DNA of 64,000 nt, from contig NIVC01003133.1 in NCBI GenBank assembly GCA_002269645.1, positions 54,010 to 118,009 of the forward strand. The letters run 5' to 3'. The notes below the pieces were generated by a model that did no database searches, was not told where the DNA came from, and was given only the letters and a program-made list of their open reading frames with translations. Position 1 is the first letter of the stretch. Each line of letters starts with the position of its first letter. This document shows, piece by piece, positions 11,911-24,900 of this stretch. The position numbers were made by a program, and so were the translations under genes. The DNA comes from Macrostomum lignano (lineage: Eukaryota).

Positions 11911-13463
11911 CACAGAATATACACAGAATGGCGAATCGGCAGTTCTCTATGAAAGCGAAAATAAATGCGCTTGCACTACAAACGTTGTGAAGCTGATAAG
12001 TAGCTGCGATTTTTTAAACGCAAAGTTGAATGTAAAAGTTGAGCTCAAGACAGCCTTTGAAAGCTCTGAATCGTCGTTTTGACGCTGCAGTTGAATGCTG
12101 TGCTATCATTGTAATTAATTTGTTCATAACAGTGCGTGCGCAAAGTCATGAGCAGTAGTAACAACTGTTATAACCTCATTGCCATGTATATGTAAGCTAA
12201 AAAACAAAAGTAACAAACATAACAACAGGTTAAGTTTTAGTGCTGCACGCAAGGCAGGAAATGCCAGACGCAACAGAAATTGCAAATCTCATGCAATCAC
12301 ACTCATCCTCTTGAACTTCCTCGATTGCTCATTGCAAAATGCTCGCCCGCGCTTTCTCTCCTGAGCCGCAATCCTGCGCCCATTGCACCAATGGTGCAAG
12401 CGCAGCTTCGAGAACAGCCTCGCAATGCCCATCACGCATCTCTCTGAGTGCTCAGCGCAATGAGTCGCAATATATGGGGCCTGATGCAATCGGCCAATAT
12501 TTTGCTGATTGACACACCAGCATGGATGAACTCTGTCACTTCCAGCAATTTGAATTGGCGTTCCATCTCAGTGACAGCTCTGATAACTGCTCTGCTTGGG
12601 GTGACTAAGCTGTCATCCCGTTTGAACTTCAGTCGCAGGAAGCGTGTCCGAATTGCTTTCCCTTCAGTTCCTGCTGGCACACCTCACACTTGCACTCGGT
12701 TTTATAGAAGCGGAACAGCAACCAACCGCCAACATATGCGCACTTCTCGTGATCTAAGTCATCCGATGTAGTAAAGGGCTCATCACCTGCTTCCGTGAGA
12801 TCTGAGTCACAAGTGTTGCCCTGCAGGTGGACTGGATCTGGAGCTTCTTGGCTCACTGCAGCCTTGGATGCTCTCTGGCTGCTGGAAACCGGTGAAATCT
12901 AGTGTCCGGCGGACACTTGCCGGCGTAGTTGGGGCATCCGTACGCAGCGCACTAAAGCCTCGAAGCAGACGCAGTCATGCAAAAACAGTATCACAATAAG
13001 CTGCGTATTCAAACTCTAGCAGATATGCCTTCGGTATTAGCGCTTTTGAAGCCAAACCTAGCTTCAGGAGCACCAGCTTGGGCCATAGAGAATGCAATAC
13101 AGCAAAGACAGGCTAGCGCGATCAATAATGCATTTGACCTGCATGCTTTCACGCCACGAGCTCGTGCTAGAACGCCCAATGCATGCTGTCTATGGCACTA
13201 ACTTAGAGCGCAGAGGCAGCAGAAGGCAGAGCCAGCCTTAAAGTAGTTTCTAAAAATAGCACAGTTTAGAAGGGGGTGGTTTGGTTCTATCAAGCCTTCC
13301 TATAATCTGTGGGACAAACCCGCAATAAATGGCAAAGAGTTGGTAAAGTGCCATTCAGCCTACTTAGTTTTTCTTCACAACAAGAGTAGCCAGTATAGAA
13401 TATCATTCTTGTGCAAGAAATTTTCTCAAAATGCAGGATTCGCCATTCTGTGTATACTCTGTG
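11911..13463 (-). mobile_element. Internally deleted P-element-family DNA transposon (1553 bp) with a THAP N-terminal fragment and a degenerate transposase C-terminus
   Basis: 27-bp TIRs cacagaatatacacagaatggcgaatc (11911-11937) and 13437-13463 (1 mismatch); perfect 8-bp TSD ggtgctac (11903-11910, 13464-13471). THAP start CAAYGCPN...FHRFP at ~12951-12880; C-terminal motifs AYVGGWLL..C.C.VC, LVTPS and C..H...RLHHWC in broken frames. Confidence 0.92.
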
Positions 13464-13467
13464 GGTG

Positions 13468-16400
13468 CTACAACTGCAGTGCTGGATTGTCAACTCCCTC
13501 GCTAGCAATTGCAGTTCCAATTGGCGCAGTGTAGCTCAGACTCGGATCCGACCTCTGTTGGCTACCCCGACGCTCCCGACGTCGCTGCTGGCGCCGCTGA
13601 CTGTGTCGAATTTCTCCGGTAGCAAAGATTGGCGGCGGCAGAGGCGGGACCCGACCGTGACCGACGGGTCTGGCGGAGTGCAGGAACTGGTCGAGATGGG
13701 CGTTCACGGTTTCTGGGGCCTCTAAAGTGACCAGGTGACCGGCGTTGGGTACTCGAACTAATCTAGCCAGGGGCAGTGTCTCCAGCATCCATTCTTCATC
13801 CTCTGCGGAGACTAGGCGATCCTGGTTGCACATTTAGAGGGTAATTGCCAATTTGACCCAGACCAGCTCCAACAGTCAACAACACTCCAGACCAGCTCCA
13901 ACAGTCAACAACACACTCCAGACCAGCTCCAACAGTCAACAACACACTCCAGACCAGCTCTAACAGTCAACAACACACTCCAGACCAGCTCTAACAGTCA
14001 ACAACACACTCCAGACCAGCTCCAGCAGCCAACAACAACACACTCCAGACCAGCTCCAACAGTCAACAACACACTCCAGACCAGCTCCAACAGTCAACAA
14101 CACACTCCAGACCAGCTCCAACCATCACACAGGATCCAGATCTTTACCAGACTCTTACCTCGCAGCCGTGCATGAGCATCACAGGCGCTGCCACCGTCCT
14201 GTGATAGTCGACGCCGCCCTCTGGCCAGTCTTGGCCCACCAGCGTCCACGCCAGCACCTCTGGCGGCGCCTCCAACAGCGCGGGACTCGAACGGCGACCC
14301 AGCGGCGGACGCGAGCGCGGCGCAAACGCTAATATTCTGGCTAAGCAGCGACAGAGCGCATTGCAACAGCAACTACAGAAACAGCAGCAGCTTAAACAGG
14401 CTGGCGCCCCACCTAGCGCGCTCGGTCCGCCGCCGGAGACGAGAACGGCGCGGGAGATTTTTTTCGATCGTTCGACGCACAGCCTGGCAGCAAACGCCGT
14501 GCCGTAGGAATGCGCAATAACGGCGTTGCGCTTGCCCGGGGCGGCAAATCTGTCAAACAAACTTAGCGCGTCCAACCACAGCGACTCGAATGTGTAATCC
14601 GGGCCTGAGCTGCTCACTGGACTGCAACCGTGACCCAAGAGGTCCATGGCTACCACCTGTATTGGAGGAATTTTAACAAAAGTTTAACATATATATTTGT
14701 ACTGTAATTTCAGGTCAAAGGCCGTTAGAAGGCTTTTTCAGACACGTAACAGACCAGCACACCAACCCTAGCACAACCACCCCAACACACCAACCCTAGC
14801 ACAACCACCCCAACACACCAACCCTAGCACAACCACCCCAACCTACCAACCCTAGCACAACCACCCCAACACACCAACCCTAGCACAACCACCCCAACCT
14901 ACCAACCCTAGCACAACCACCCCAACACACCAGCCCTAGCGCAACCACCCCAACACACCAGCCCTAGCGCAACCACCCCAACACACCAGCCCTAGCGCAA
15001 CCACCCCAACACACCAACCCTAGCACAACCACCCCAACACACCAACCCTAGCACAACCACCCCAACCTACCAACCCTAGCACAACCACCCCAACACACCA
15101 ACCCTAGCACTACCACCCCAACACACCAACCCTAGCACAACCACCCCAACTTACCAACCCTAGCGCAACCACCCCAACACACCAACCCTAGCGCAACCAC
15201 CCCAACACACCAACCCTAGCACAACCACCCCAACCTACCAACCCTAGCACAACCACCCCAACACACCAACCCTAGCACAACCACCCCAACCTACCAACCC
15301 TAGCACAACCACCCCAACACACCAACCCTAGCACTACCACCCCAACACACCAACCCTAGCACAACCACCCCAACTTACCAACCCTAGCACAACCACCCCA
15401 ACACACCAACCCTAGCACAACCACCCCAACACACCAACCCTAGCACAACCACCCCAACACACCAAACCCTAGCACAACCACCCCAACACACCAACCCTAG
15501 CACAACCACCCCAACACACCAGCCCTAGCGCAACCACCCCAACACACCAACCCTAGCACAACCACCCCAACACACCAACCCTAGCACAACCACCCCAACA
15601 CACCAACCCTAGCGCAACCACCCCAACTTACCAACCCTAGCGCAACCAGCCCCACACGCCCAACCCTAGCACAACAAACCCAACACACCAACCCTAGCAC
15701 AACAAACCCAACACACCAACCCTAGCACAACCACCCCAACACACCAACCCTAGCACTACCACCCCAACACACCAACCCTAGCACAACCACTCCAACACAC
15801 CAACCCTAGCGCAACCACCCCAACACGCCCAACCCTAGCACAACCACCCCAACACACCAACCCTAGCGCAACCACCCCCACACGCCCAACCCTAGCACAA
15901 CAAACTCAACACACCAACCCTAGCGCAACCACCCCAACACACCAACCCTAGCACAACCACCCCAACTTACCAACCCTAGCGCAACCACCCCAACACGCCC
16001 AACCCTAGCACAACAAATCCAACACACCAACCCTAGCGCAACCACCCCAACACACCAACCCTAGCACAACCACCCCAACACACCAACCCCAGCACAACAA
16101 ACCCAACACACCAACCCTAGCACAACCACCCCAACTTACCAACCCTAGCGCAACCACCCCAACAGACCAACCCTAGCACAACCACCCCAACTTACCAACC
16201 CTGGCGCAACCACCCCCACACGCCCAACCCTAGCACAACAAACTCAACACACCAACCCTAGCGCAACCACCCCAACACACCAACCCTAGCACAACCACCC
16301 CAACACACCAACCCTAGCACAACCACCCCAACTTACCAACCCTAGCGCAACCACCCCCACACGCCCAACCCTAGCACAACAAACCCAACACACCAACCCT

Positions 16401-17964
16401 AGCACAACCACCCCAACACACCAACCCTAGCACAACCACCCCAACACACCAACCCTAGCGCAACCACCCCAACACGCCCAACCCTAGCACAACCACCCCA
16501 ACACGCCCAACCCTAGCACAACAAACCCAACACACCAACCCTAGCGCAACCACCCCAACACACCAACCTAGCACAACCACCCCAACACACCAACCCTAGC
16601 GCAACCACCCCAACACGCCCAACCCTAGCACAACAAACCCAACACACCAACCCTAGCACTACAAACCCAACACACCAACCCTAGCACAACAAACCCAACA
16701 CACCAACCCTAGCACAACCACCCCAACCTACCAACCCTAGCGCAACCACCCCAACACACCAACCTAGCACAACCACCCCAACACACCAACCCTAGCGCAA
16801 CCACCCCAACTTACCAACCCTAGCGCAACCAGCCCCACACGCCCAACCCTAGCACAACAAACCCAACACACCAACCCTAGCACAACAAACCCAACACACC
16901 AACCCTAGCACAACAAACCCAACACACCAACCCTAGCACAACCACCCCAACTTACCAACCCTGGCGCAACCACCCCCACACGCCCAACCCTAGCACAACA
17001 AACTCAACACACCAACCCTAGCGCAACCACCCCAACACACCAACCCTAGCACAACCACCCCAACACACCAACCCTAGCACAACCACCCCAACTTACCAAC
17101 CCTAGCGCAACCACCCCCACACGCCCAACCCTAGCACAACAAACCCAACACACCAACCCTAGCACAACCACCCCAACACACCAACCCTAGCACAACCACC
17201 CCAACTTACCAACCCTAGCGCAACCACCCCAACACACCAACCCTAGCACTACAAACCCAACACACCAACCCTAGCACAACAAACCCAACACACCAACCCT
17301 AGCACAACCACCCCAACCTACCAACCCTAGCGCAACCACCCCAACACACCAACCTAGCACAACCACCCCAACACACCAACCCTAGCGCAACCACCCCAAC
17401 ACACCAACCCTAGCACAACAAACCCAACACACCAACCCTAGCACAACAAACCCAACACACCAACCCTAGCACAACAAACCCAACACACCAACCCTAGCAC
17501 AACAAACCCAACACACCAACCCTAGCACAACAAACCCAACACACCAACCCTAGCACAACAAACCCAACACACCAACCCTAGCACAACAAACCCAACACAC
17601 CAACCCTACCACAATGAGTCTCTCAAACCTCGTATCCCATTCGATGCAGAAGGCCAATCTGAAAGAAAAACACGTCGCAACTGCCACCAACGCCGTGGAA
17701 GAAAAACACAGTGCGTATTAGTTCCTCATCTGGTTCAGCTTCAAGAGCTTCATTGGCGATTGTAAATTTGTTGAAAATTGAAGGAAAACCATCAAACACG
17801 GCGCAGGTAGGATCGCCTGGCAACAAGTGACACACCGCTATTGGAGGCCGATTCTGTTGAACTTGCAGCAGACAGCGGGGCAGAGCTGGAGTCGGAGTGA
17901 TGGCCTGCGAGTTTAGGGCCACATTGATGCCCCTGTGACGCGCTCTGCACATGGTGGAGCCCAT
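13468..17964 (-). CDS. ABHD8: Alpha/beta hydrolase ABHD8-like, 3 exons (17964-17629, 14656-14159, 13821-13468)
   Basis: FFFHGVGGS, GYE|VVAMDLLGHG, nucleophile elbow AHSYG, GGGPSAL, WPEG..YH, LMHGCE|DRLV and catalytic GHLVTLEAPETVN; both junctions are phase-0 GT-AG. Confidence 0.88.
13857..14125. repeat. 31-bp intronic minisatellite (accagctccaacagtcaacaacacactccag)n
   Basis: Fills ABHD8 intron 2. Confidence 0.9.
14757..17610. repeat. 28-bp satellite (accaaccctagcacaaccaccccaacac)n, ~100 copies, 2.85 kb
   Basis: Fills almost all of ABHD8 intron 1. Confidence 0.95.
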
Positions 17965-20900
17965 CTTGACATACTATTATACTTTATTCCCCAATGGCCC
18001 TGCAATGCCAAGTAAGAAAATAAAAACTTGTATATAGATTAATGATGATAAACAAACTTGGCAAACCATATATAGGTTGATATATTAAACACATTGTGAC
18101 ACTTATACGAGCTATTTCGTTGATAAAGTTTAACATCTCAGACAAAATTAATTTTTAATATTTTAAATCAGGAATGGAAATTCATAGTTTTAGCTAGAAT
18201 CTAGTCATTTTCATTGGCAAAAAACTAAACAAAGGTCATTATGTCACTATAGGACAAAATTGACAATGTTTTTCATTGCTAGCAACATAAATATGTGCAT
18301 CATACTTTTATGGCACTGTGCCATAAATTCTATAATCAGCACATTGTCAAGTTTTTTGTATCATCTCTAAATCAAGATTCTCTAAAAAAAGCTAGGAATT
18401 AATTTTGCTAAGAAAAAAAACATTAAAGACAAAAAACACAGACAGAAACTCTGATATTTTGAGCCTTGTAAAATTAGATTACATTGTGCTGCACTGCAGT
18501 AACATAGTTGTAATTTATACTGCAGATAGTTTGAAAAATCAACACATGAATAAATTGAATATATACTGTAAATTAAAGTTCGTTTTGACAATTAGACATT
18601 AAAGTTCAATTATAACAGGTTTTATTAGTAGGTTTGTTATGTTATTATTAAAAATCAAATCAATTGTAATTTTTGTCTTTTATACAATTTGTATACAATA
18701 CCTTTCTAATAATTATAAAAACTAAAAAACCTTCTATATAACTCGACTATAGTATAATGTATAAGTTCAACAAAATGAAAAAAATTGAATGAGTAGTTTA
18801 TCTTAGAATATTTTGAAGTTTTTTTGCCGCTCTCGTACATCTTGGGCCTAAGGCTATTTTTAGTCTCATAAACTTTAAGTTTCATAAACTTTCATTTTTT
18901 TAGTTTCAATTGATCCATAAAATAATCGTCTTGACAAGTCAAAAAAGATAGGTGTAAACAATTTCACACAATAACAAAAAGGAACTTATGTGGTACTTTT
19001 CACTAAAAATATACAGAACTAAAGCCTGTTTATCCTTAATAATATAAAGTTTTCTTTACAATAAGCGTAAGCCTTTTGATTAGTTTAACAGAACTTGTTT
19101 TAGGCCTAATTAATTTTACGGCGTAACTAAACTTAAAAAAAAACGGGACTGATTTTTTTAATTTGTAGTCCAATGGCAAGTGTTAACAACTTGTTTTGGT
19201 GTCAGGGTTAACACGCACAGCTTGCTTGTTGCTGTAATGCTGGCATGCTACGATTTTATTATTACATATGTAATGCCGATTATTAAGCTTATGACATCAC
19301 TTGTGGTAGGCGGTAGCTGGCCTACAAATTTTTTGTTTAGGCCCTAGTTTAGACAAATATGCCCTAGCCTAGTCCTTCTTAAGTTTAGTGTTTAGTTCGA
19401 CTTCGACGTAGGGTAGGCCTAGGGCTTGGCTATAAAACAAAGAAACAAAGAAACAAAGTAGTTGCATAAGAATAATTGCTTTGCTTAGTAAAGGCAAGCT
19501 AAAGGATATAAAACAATTAGAGATAGCAGATAGGCCTATTGCCCTGGCCCCTGGGGCCTGGGCTAGGTTTATAACAAAACAGTTCAATTCCAATAACATT
19601 TATCAAATGTTAATTACACTATTTAGCAGGCCTACACTTTGACTAAGTTAAGAATTTAGGCCTAGGCTATTTATTTGTTAAGACCAAGTTGGTTTAAAAT
19701 ATTTGTGTAAATTTGTTTTTAGGCCTATAAATAAATCTTTAAGAGGAACCAGTTAATTTAGCAATAGGTTGACTCAGTCAGTGACAGTGACAAACAACCA
19801 ATTTGGTGACAGTCAGTTTGGCGACATATGAGGGGGCAGTTAAAACAAGGCAGTAATTTGTCATCTATTGCATTGAGTTTGCATATTTACTCCAATTTCA
19901 AAATAAGCCAAAGTGGTAAGCCTCACACCACATGTATACATATAAGCTTTTTCACAATATAGTCATACCTTCTTATAGTAAAACAAATGTTGATACACTA
20001 AGAACAATTGTTGAAGAGACTAAACATCAAAAATCCTAGTTGAATTATATTTTATACTGAGTCATATAGGCCTACACTTTGTTTTGGTTTTTGTTAGCTT
20101 GTGCCAGTTATATCAATAAGAGTGCTAGCCTTTGTACTCTGATACTGAAAATATATACAATTTAGGCTCAGCTGGAGATATGTGCAAATAAAATTAAAAA
20201 AGTAAAAATGAGCTATACTTGAATGCATAGTCTTGCCTTGTAATCAGTGTTTTCAAGGATATATGCACCAACAATGACACAGAAGTGTGGCATAGGAAGC
20301 TGAATGCCAGAGCACAGTGCAGTCAACTTTAGTTTTACCTGTTGGTATGGCTGTTGCTCAAAGAGGCCCAGATAGTTGCAATCAAATTGTGGCTTGTTGC
20401 TCAAGGTGCTCAGCAAAAGCAACAAAGACAGAATTACTGTTGAATGGAATAGCAGTACTAGGCCTAGCACTTCTGGGGCAAATACATATCAGGAGTGCGG
20501 ACTGCCAAAGCCTTGCTAGATACATATAGCCTACTAAATGGCCCTAAATGATTTTTATGTTGTTTATTTTTTAACTACATTTATGCCTCTTATTTTATAG
20601 GGCCTATTATTGTATAGCCTAGTCTACCTAGTTTTAACTTTTAAACTTTTAACTCACTTTTTCACTTGTCAATTGTTTGATTGGCAACTTAAAATGCTAT
20701 GACAAATTAGCATTATTCATGTAACTATTCTGTCACATACCTATTATATGTTTATAATTATAACCTAAAATTATAATTATATTATAATTCAATTTTGCTT
20801 CCTATGCCTTAGGCTAGGAAGCTAAATGTATATACTAAATTCTAAATTCTAACATGCTAAATTTCTTTTTTTATTAGGCCTATTTTATACTCTTCTTTTC

Positions 20901-21639
20901 TACCTTATTTATATTGCACAATTATTTTCCTCTTGTTTATCATGCCATACCATATTGCCAAAAGGAAAAAGGTCTATTTAGCTATGCTAGGACCTATGCT
21001 ATGCTTGAAACAAAGGTAGTAATTATCCTTCATAAAAATGATATATTTTTCTATAGGGTTTTTTATACTATACCATTTTTCTCTGTTGATATATCATGGA
21101 ATATGCTACAACAAACTAAGATATAAGTTAATTATTGTTTTTTTATCTTTCATTCAAAACATAATGTTGTTATTTTCTGCATGAACTTGGATTATCAACA
21201 ATAAAAACAGTCAGACTTGAATTAAAATCTTTGTCAGTTTTAAAGAACTTGTTTAGAAAAGTAATATCAAAACAGTACAAGCATTGCTTGCAACATATTA
21301 ATGTTGCATTTTTAAATCTGGTTTCTACAACTTCTATTGGATTCTGACATCTTTTTTCAATAATAATGTAAGTTTTTTCATTTAGATGTGCATTTGCTCA
21401 GGAATCAGTGGAATGGGCAGAATTGCCTCAGCTCTGATTTTGTTGTGGGACAATTTTGCCAAATTATCACCAATTGTCACAGCTCAGTCTCTGATCATTT
21501 AGCCAATGTCACGTGACTTGGAGCCTGTAAAGCAACCCTTCCCTTGACCCTGGCGATCTTAACAAAGCTTATCCGAGTTGGGAGCGTGTGCTGCTATCTA
21601 CAGTGTACAGTGCTATATATTTTACTATATCTATCTGTA

Positions 21640-21865
21640 GGGGGTTGTAGCCTAGGGGTCAGAGTGTTGGACTCACGACTTGAAGGTCGGGGGTTCGATT
21701 CCCGATCCCACTGGAACAATTTGTGTCCTTGAGCAAGACACTTAACTCTGCATTGCTTCAGTTCACCCGGCTGTAAAATGGGTGCCAGCATTAGCTGGGG
21801 TAATTGGGGGTTTGGCGACCCCCCAGTCCAATTACACCAATTGGGGCAGGTGTAATTAATTATAT
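21640..21865 (+). mobile_element. tRNA-derived SINE with a CORE-like central domain
   Basis: A box TAGCCTAGGGG and B box GGTTCGATTCC (21692-21702), then tgtgtccttgagcaagacacttaactc...ctgtaaaatggg resembling the MIR/CORE-SINE core, then an AT-rich tail. Confidence 0.75.
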
Positions 21866-21894
21866 TAATTATCTGTACACCAAACATCCCGCAG

Positions 21895-23523
21895 GGGATC
21901 ACGCGGCGGACCCGAATTTAATGCTGAAGAAGAACCGCAGACCACTGTGTACATTGGAAACCTGCCTAGCGACTCAATTCAAGGCGATGTTGAGCACATT
22001 TTTAGCGCCTGCAAAATCCGCAGCATTCGGATGGTTCGCGACAGGGAGACTGACGCGTTTCGCGGCTTTGCGTATGTGGAGTTCGAGGACACGGTCTCTG
22101 TGAAAAAGGCTCTGGAGCTGAATGGCGCTGTACGTGACCTTGATTTGATTCTTTTATTGATTTTTTGGACTAAAGGATGATTTTCAGATTGAACTGCCTG
22201 CCACTTGCATCCCCTCTCAGATCCTCAGATTGAACTGCCTGTCACCTGCATCCCCTCTCAGATCCTCAGATTGAACTGCCTGTCACCTGCATCCCCTCTC
22301 AGATCCTCAGATTGAACTGCCTGTCACCTGCATCCCCTCTCAGATCCTCAGATTGAACTGCCTGTCACCTGCATCCCCTCTCAGATCCTCAGATTGAACT
22401 GCCTGTCACCTGCATCCCCTCTCAGATCCTCAGATTGAACTGCCTGTCACCTGCATCCCCTCTCAGATCCTCAGATTGAACTGCCTGTCACCTGCATCCC
22501 CTCTCAGATCCTCAGATTGAACTGCCTGTCACCTGCATCCCCTCTCAGATCCTCAGATTGAACTGCCTGCCACCTGCATCCCCTCTCAGATCCTCAGATT
22601 ATAAATCTTTAGTTTAGACAGTAAAACAAATGAAAAACTTTACCTACACGTTCATTTCAGCTCTACGATGGCAAAGAGTTGAAAATTGACGTTGCCCAAA
22701 ACCGCAATAGAAATGGCGGATTTCGAGGCGGTGAGAGTCTTTTGTGTCTTCTGCATTAAATATTTTACTCTTCTCCTACTTAAAGTAAAGAAATAATTAA
22801 AAGCTCAGTCTATCTACTTACAGTAGAAAAAGCAGGAAATTTATTACAAGTGCAAAATGCATAACAACCGCAGGTCGCGGCGGCGGCGGCGGCCCTCACC
22901 AACACCACGGCAACATGCGAGGCGGCGGCGGCGGCGGCTTTCAAAACTATGGCGGCGGCTCCATGGAGTTCACCAGGGGCGGCGGCCGCGGCGGCCGAGG
23001 AGGCGGCGGTCGCGGCCGCGGCGGTGGGCCCGGCGGGCCGCCCCAGTATCAGCAGAATTTCCAGCCTCCCTATCATAATCAGCCAAATTATTATCCGCCC
23101 CAGCATCACAGCCAAGGCAATGGCCGCGGCGGTCGAGGCGGCGGCCCGCCATTTCACGGCGGAGGTGGCGGTGGCGGCCCGCCATTCCAGGGTGGCGGCC
23201 CGCCATTCCAGGGTGGCGGCCCGCCATTCCAGGGTGGCGGCCCGCCATTCCAGGGCGGCGGCCGACGCCAGCGCCAGGGCTCCAGCGGCGGCGGCGGCGG
23301 CGGCCGCAAGTCTGAGTCATCCTCGCCGCCTCCCCCGCCGGCCCCCGGCCGTCCGAAGCTGAAGCTGCTGCCCCGGACAGTGGCCGAACCGGTAAACGCT
23401 GAGCCACCTCGTAACTCCTCGATTTTCGGGTCCGGTCGGCCGCGTCCACCGACGCCACCGAGCGCTGAACAGTCTGGCGATGGCGGCGCCGCCGAAGGAG
23501 GCGCAGCCGCTCCTAGCGAGTGA
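21895..23523 (+). CDS. EIF4H: eIF4H-like RRM protein with RGG/low-complexity C-terminus; exons 21895-22129, 22661-22730 and 22874-23523; start exon not located
   Basis: EPQTTVYIGNLP..SIQGDVEHIF...IRSIRMVRDRETDAFRGFAYVEF, GA|LYDGKELKIDVA, and the C-terminal RPKLKLLPRTVAEPVN...SSIFGSGRPR typical of eIF4H/eIF4B. Confidence 0.85.
22183..22600. repeat. 41-bp near-perfect intronic minisatellite, ~10 copies
   Basis: Unit cagattgaactgcctgtcacctgcatcccctctcagatcct. Confidence 0.93.
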
Positions 23524-23764
23524 TCCGATTATTGATTGATTGATTGCTAAACAGATTGATTAACGGGGAAGATTTCACGTTGAAAAGGTTACCGTGACAA
23601 GAATCGCTAATGAGTCATTGCAAACAGCTCTATACATAGTGAATCTTGTGAATCTTGTGACTTTTTAACAACTCAAACGACTGCAATGCGACAGAGAGGC
23701 GGCTCTTGAGTCACGAGCGCGTCACGTGAGTTGCAGAATTGAGAAAGAGTCGCTATGGCCCCAG

Positions 23765-24900
23765 AGTGGGAGGGTGCTTAGATTGTGAGTGGGAGGGTGA
23801 TTAGATTGTGAGTGGGAGGGTGCTTAGATTGTGAGTGAGAGGGTGCTTAGATTGTGAGGGGGTGCTTAGATTGTGAGTGGGAGGGTGCTTAGATTGTGAG
23901 TGGGAGGGTGCTTAGATTGTGAGTGGGAGGGTGCTTAGAATGTGAGTGGGAGGGTGCTTAGATTGTGAGTGGGAGGGTGCTTAGATTGTGAGTGGGGTGC
24001 TTAGATTGTGAGTGGGAGGGTGCTTAGATTGTGAGTGAGAGGGTGCTTAGATTGTGAGTGAGAGGGTGCTTAGATTGTGAGTGGGAGGGTGCTTAGATTG
24101 TGAGTGGAAGGGTGCTTAGATTGTGAGGGGGGTGTTTAGATTGTGAGTGGAAGGGTGCTTAGATTGTGAGGGGGGTGTTTAGATTGTGAGTGAGAGAGTG
24201 CTTAGATTGTGAGTGGGAGGGTGCTTAGATTGTGAGTGAGAGGGTGCTTAGATTGTGAGGGGGGTGTTTAGATTGTGAGTGAGAGGGTGCTTAGATTGTG
24301 AGTGGGAGGGTGCTTAGATTGTGAGTGAGAGGGTGCTTAGATTGTGAGGGGGGTGTTTAGATTGTGAGTGAGAGGGTGCTTAGATTGTGAGTGGGAGGGT
24401 GCTTAGATTGTGAGTGAGAGGGTGCTTAGATTGTGAGGGGGGTGTTTAGATTGTGAGTGAGAGAGTGCTTAGATTGTGAGTGGGAGGGTGCTTAGATTGT
24501 GAGTGAGAGGGTGCTTAGATTGTGAGGGGGTGTTTAGATTGTGAGTGAGAGGGTGCTTAGATTGTGAGTGGGAGGGTGCTTAGATTGTGAGTGAGAGGGT
24601 GCTTAGATTGTGAGGGGGTGTTTAGATTGTGAGTGAGAGAGTGCTTAGATTGTGAGTGGGAGGGTGCTTAGATTGTGAGTGAGAGGGTGCTTAGATTGTG
24701 AGGGGGGTGTTTAGATTGTGAGTGAGAGGGTGCTTAGATTGTGAGTGGGAGGGTGCTTAGATTGTGAGTGGAAGGGTGCTTAGATTGTGAGGGGGGATGT
24801 TTAGATTGTGAGTGAGAGGGTGCTTAGATTGTGAGTGAGAGGGTGCTTAGATTGTGAGTGAGAGGGTGCTTAGATTGTGAGTGGGAGGGTGCTTAGATCG
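23765..24900. repeat. 23-bp minisatellite (gagggtgcttagattgtgagtgg)n with a recurring gggggtgtttag variant
   Basis: Direct inspection; lies downstream of eIF4H. Confidence 0.93.

Noticed and set aside
14757-17610. Possible interstitial telomeric repeat (ccctag resembles CCCTAA)
   Set aside because: Only one hexamer-like motif per 28-bp unit and no tandem TTAGGG.
18000-21500. Genes in the AT-rich interval between ABHD8 and eIF4H
   Set aside because: Only short low-complexity ORFs without recognisable motifs; the eIF4H first exon could not be identified with support.
21640-21712. tRNA genes at 21640 and 39023
   Set aside because: A and B boxes are present but there is no complete acceptor stem or cloverleaf, and both continue into SINE-like bodies with tails.
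22183-22600. CRISPR-like appearance of the regular 41-bp, 49-bp and 27-28-bp arrays
   Set aside because: There are no unique spacers of 25-45 nt, no cas genes, and the context is eukaryotic and spliced.
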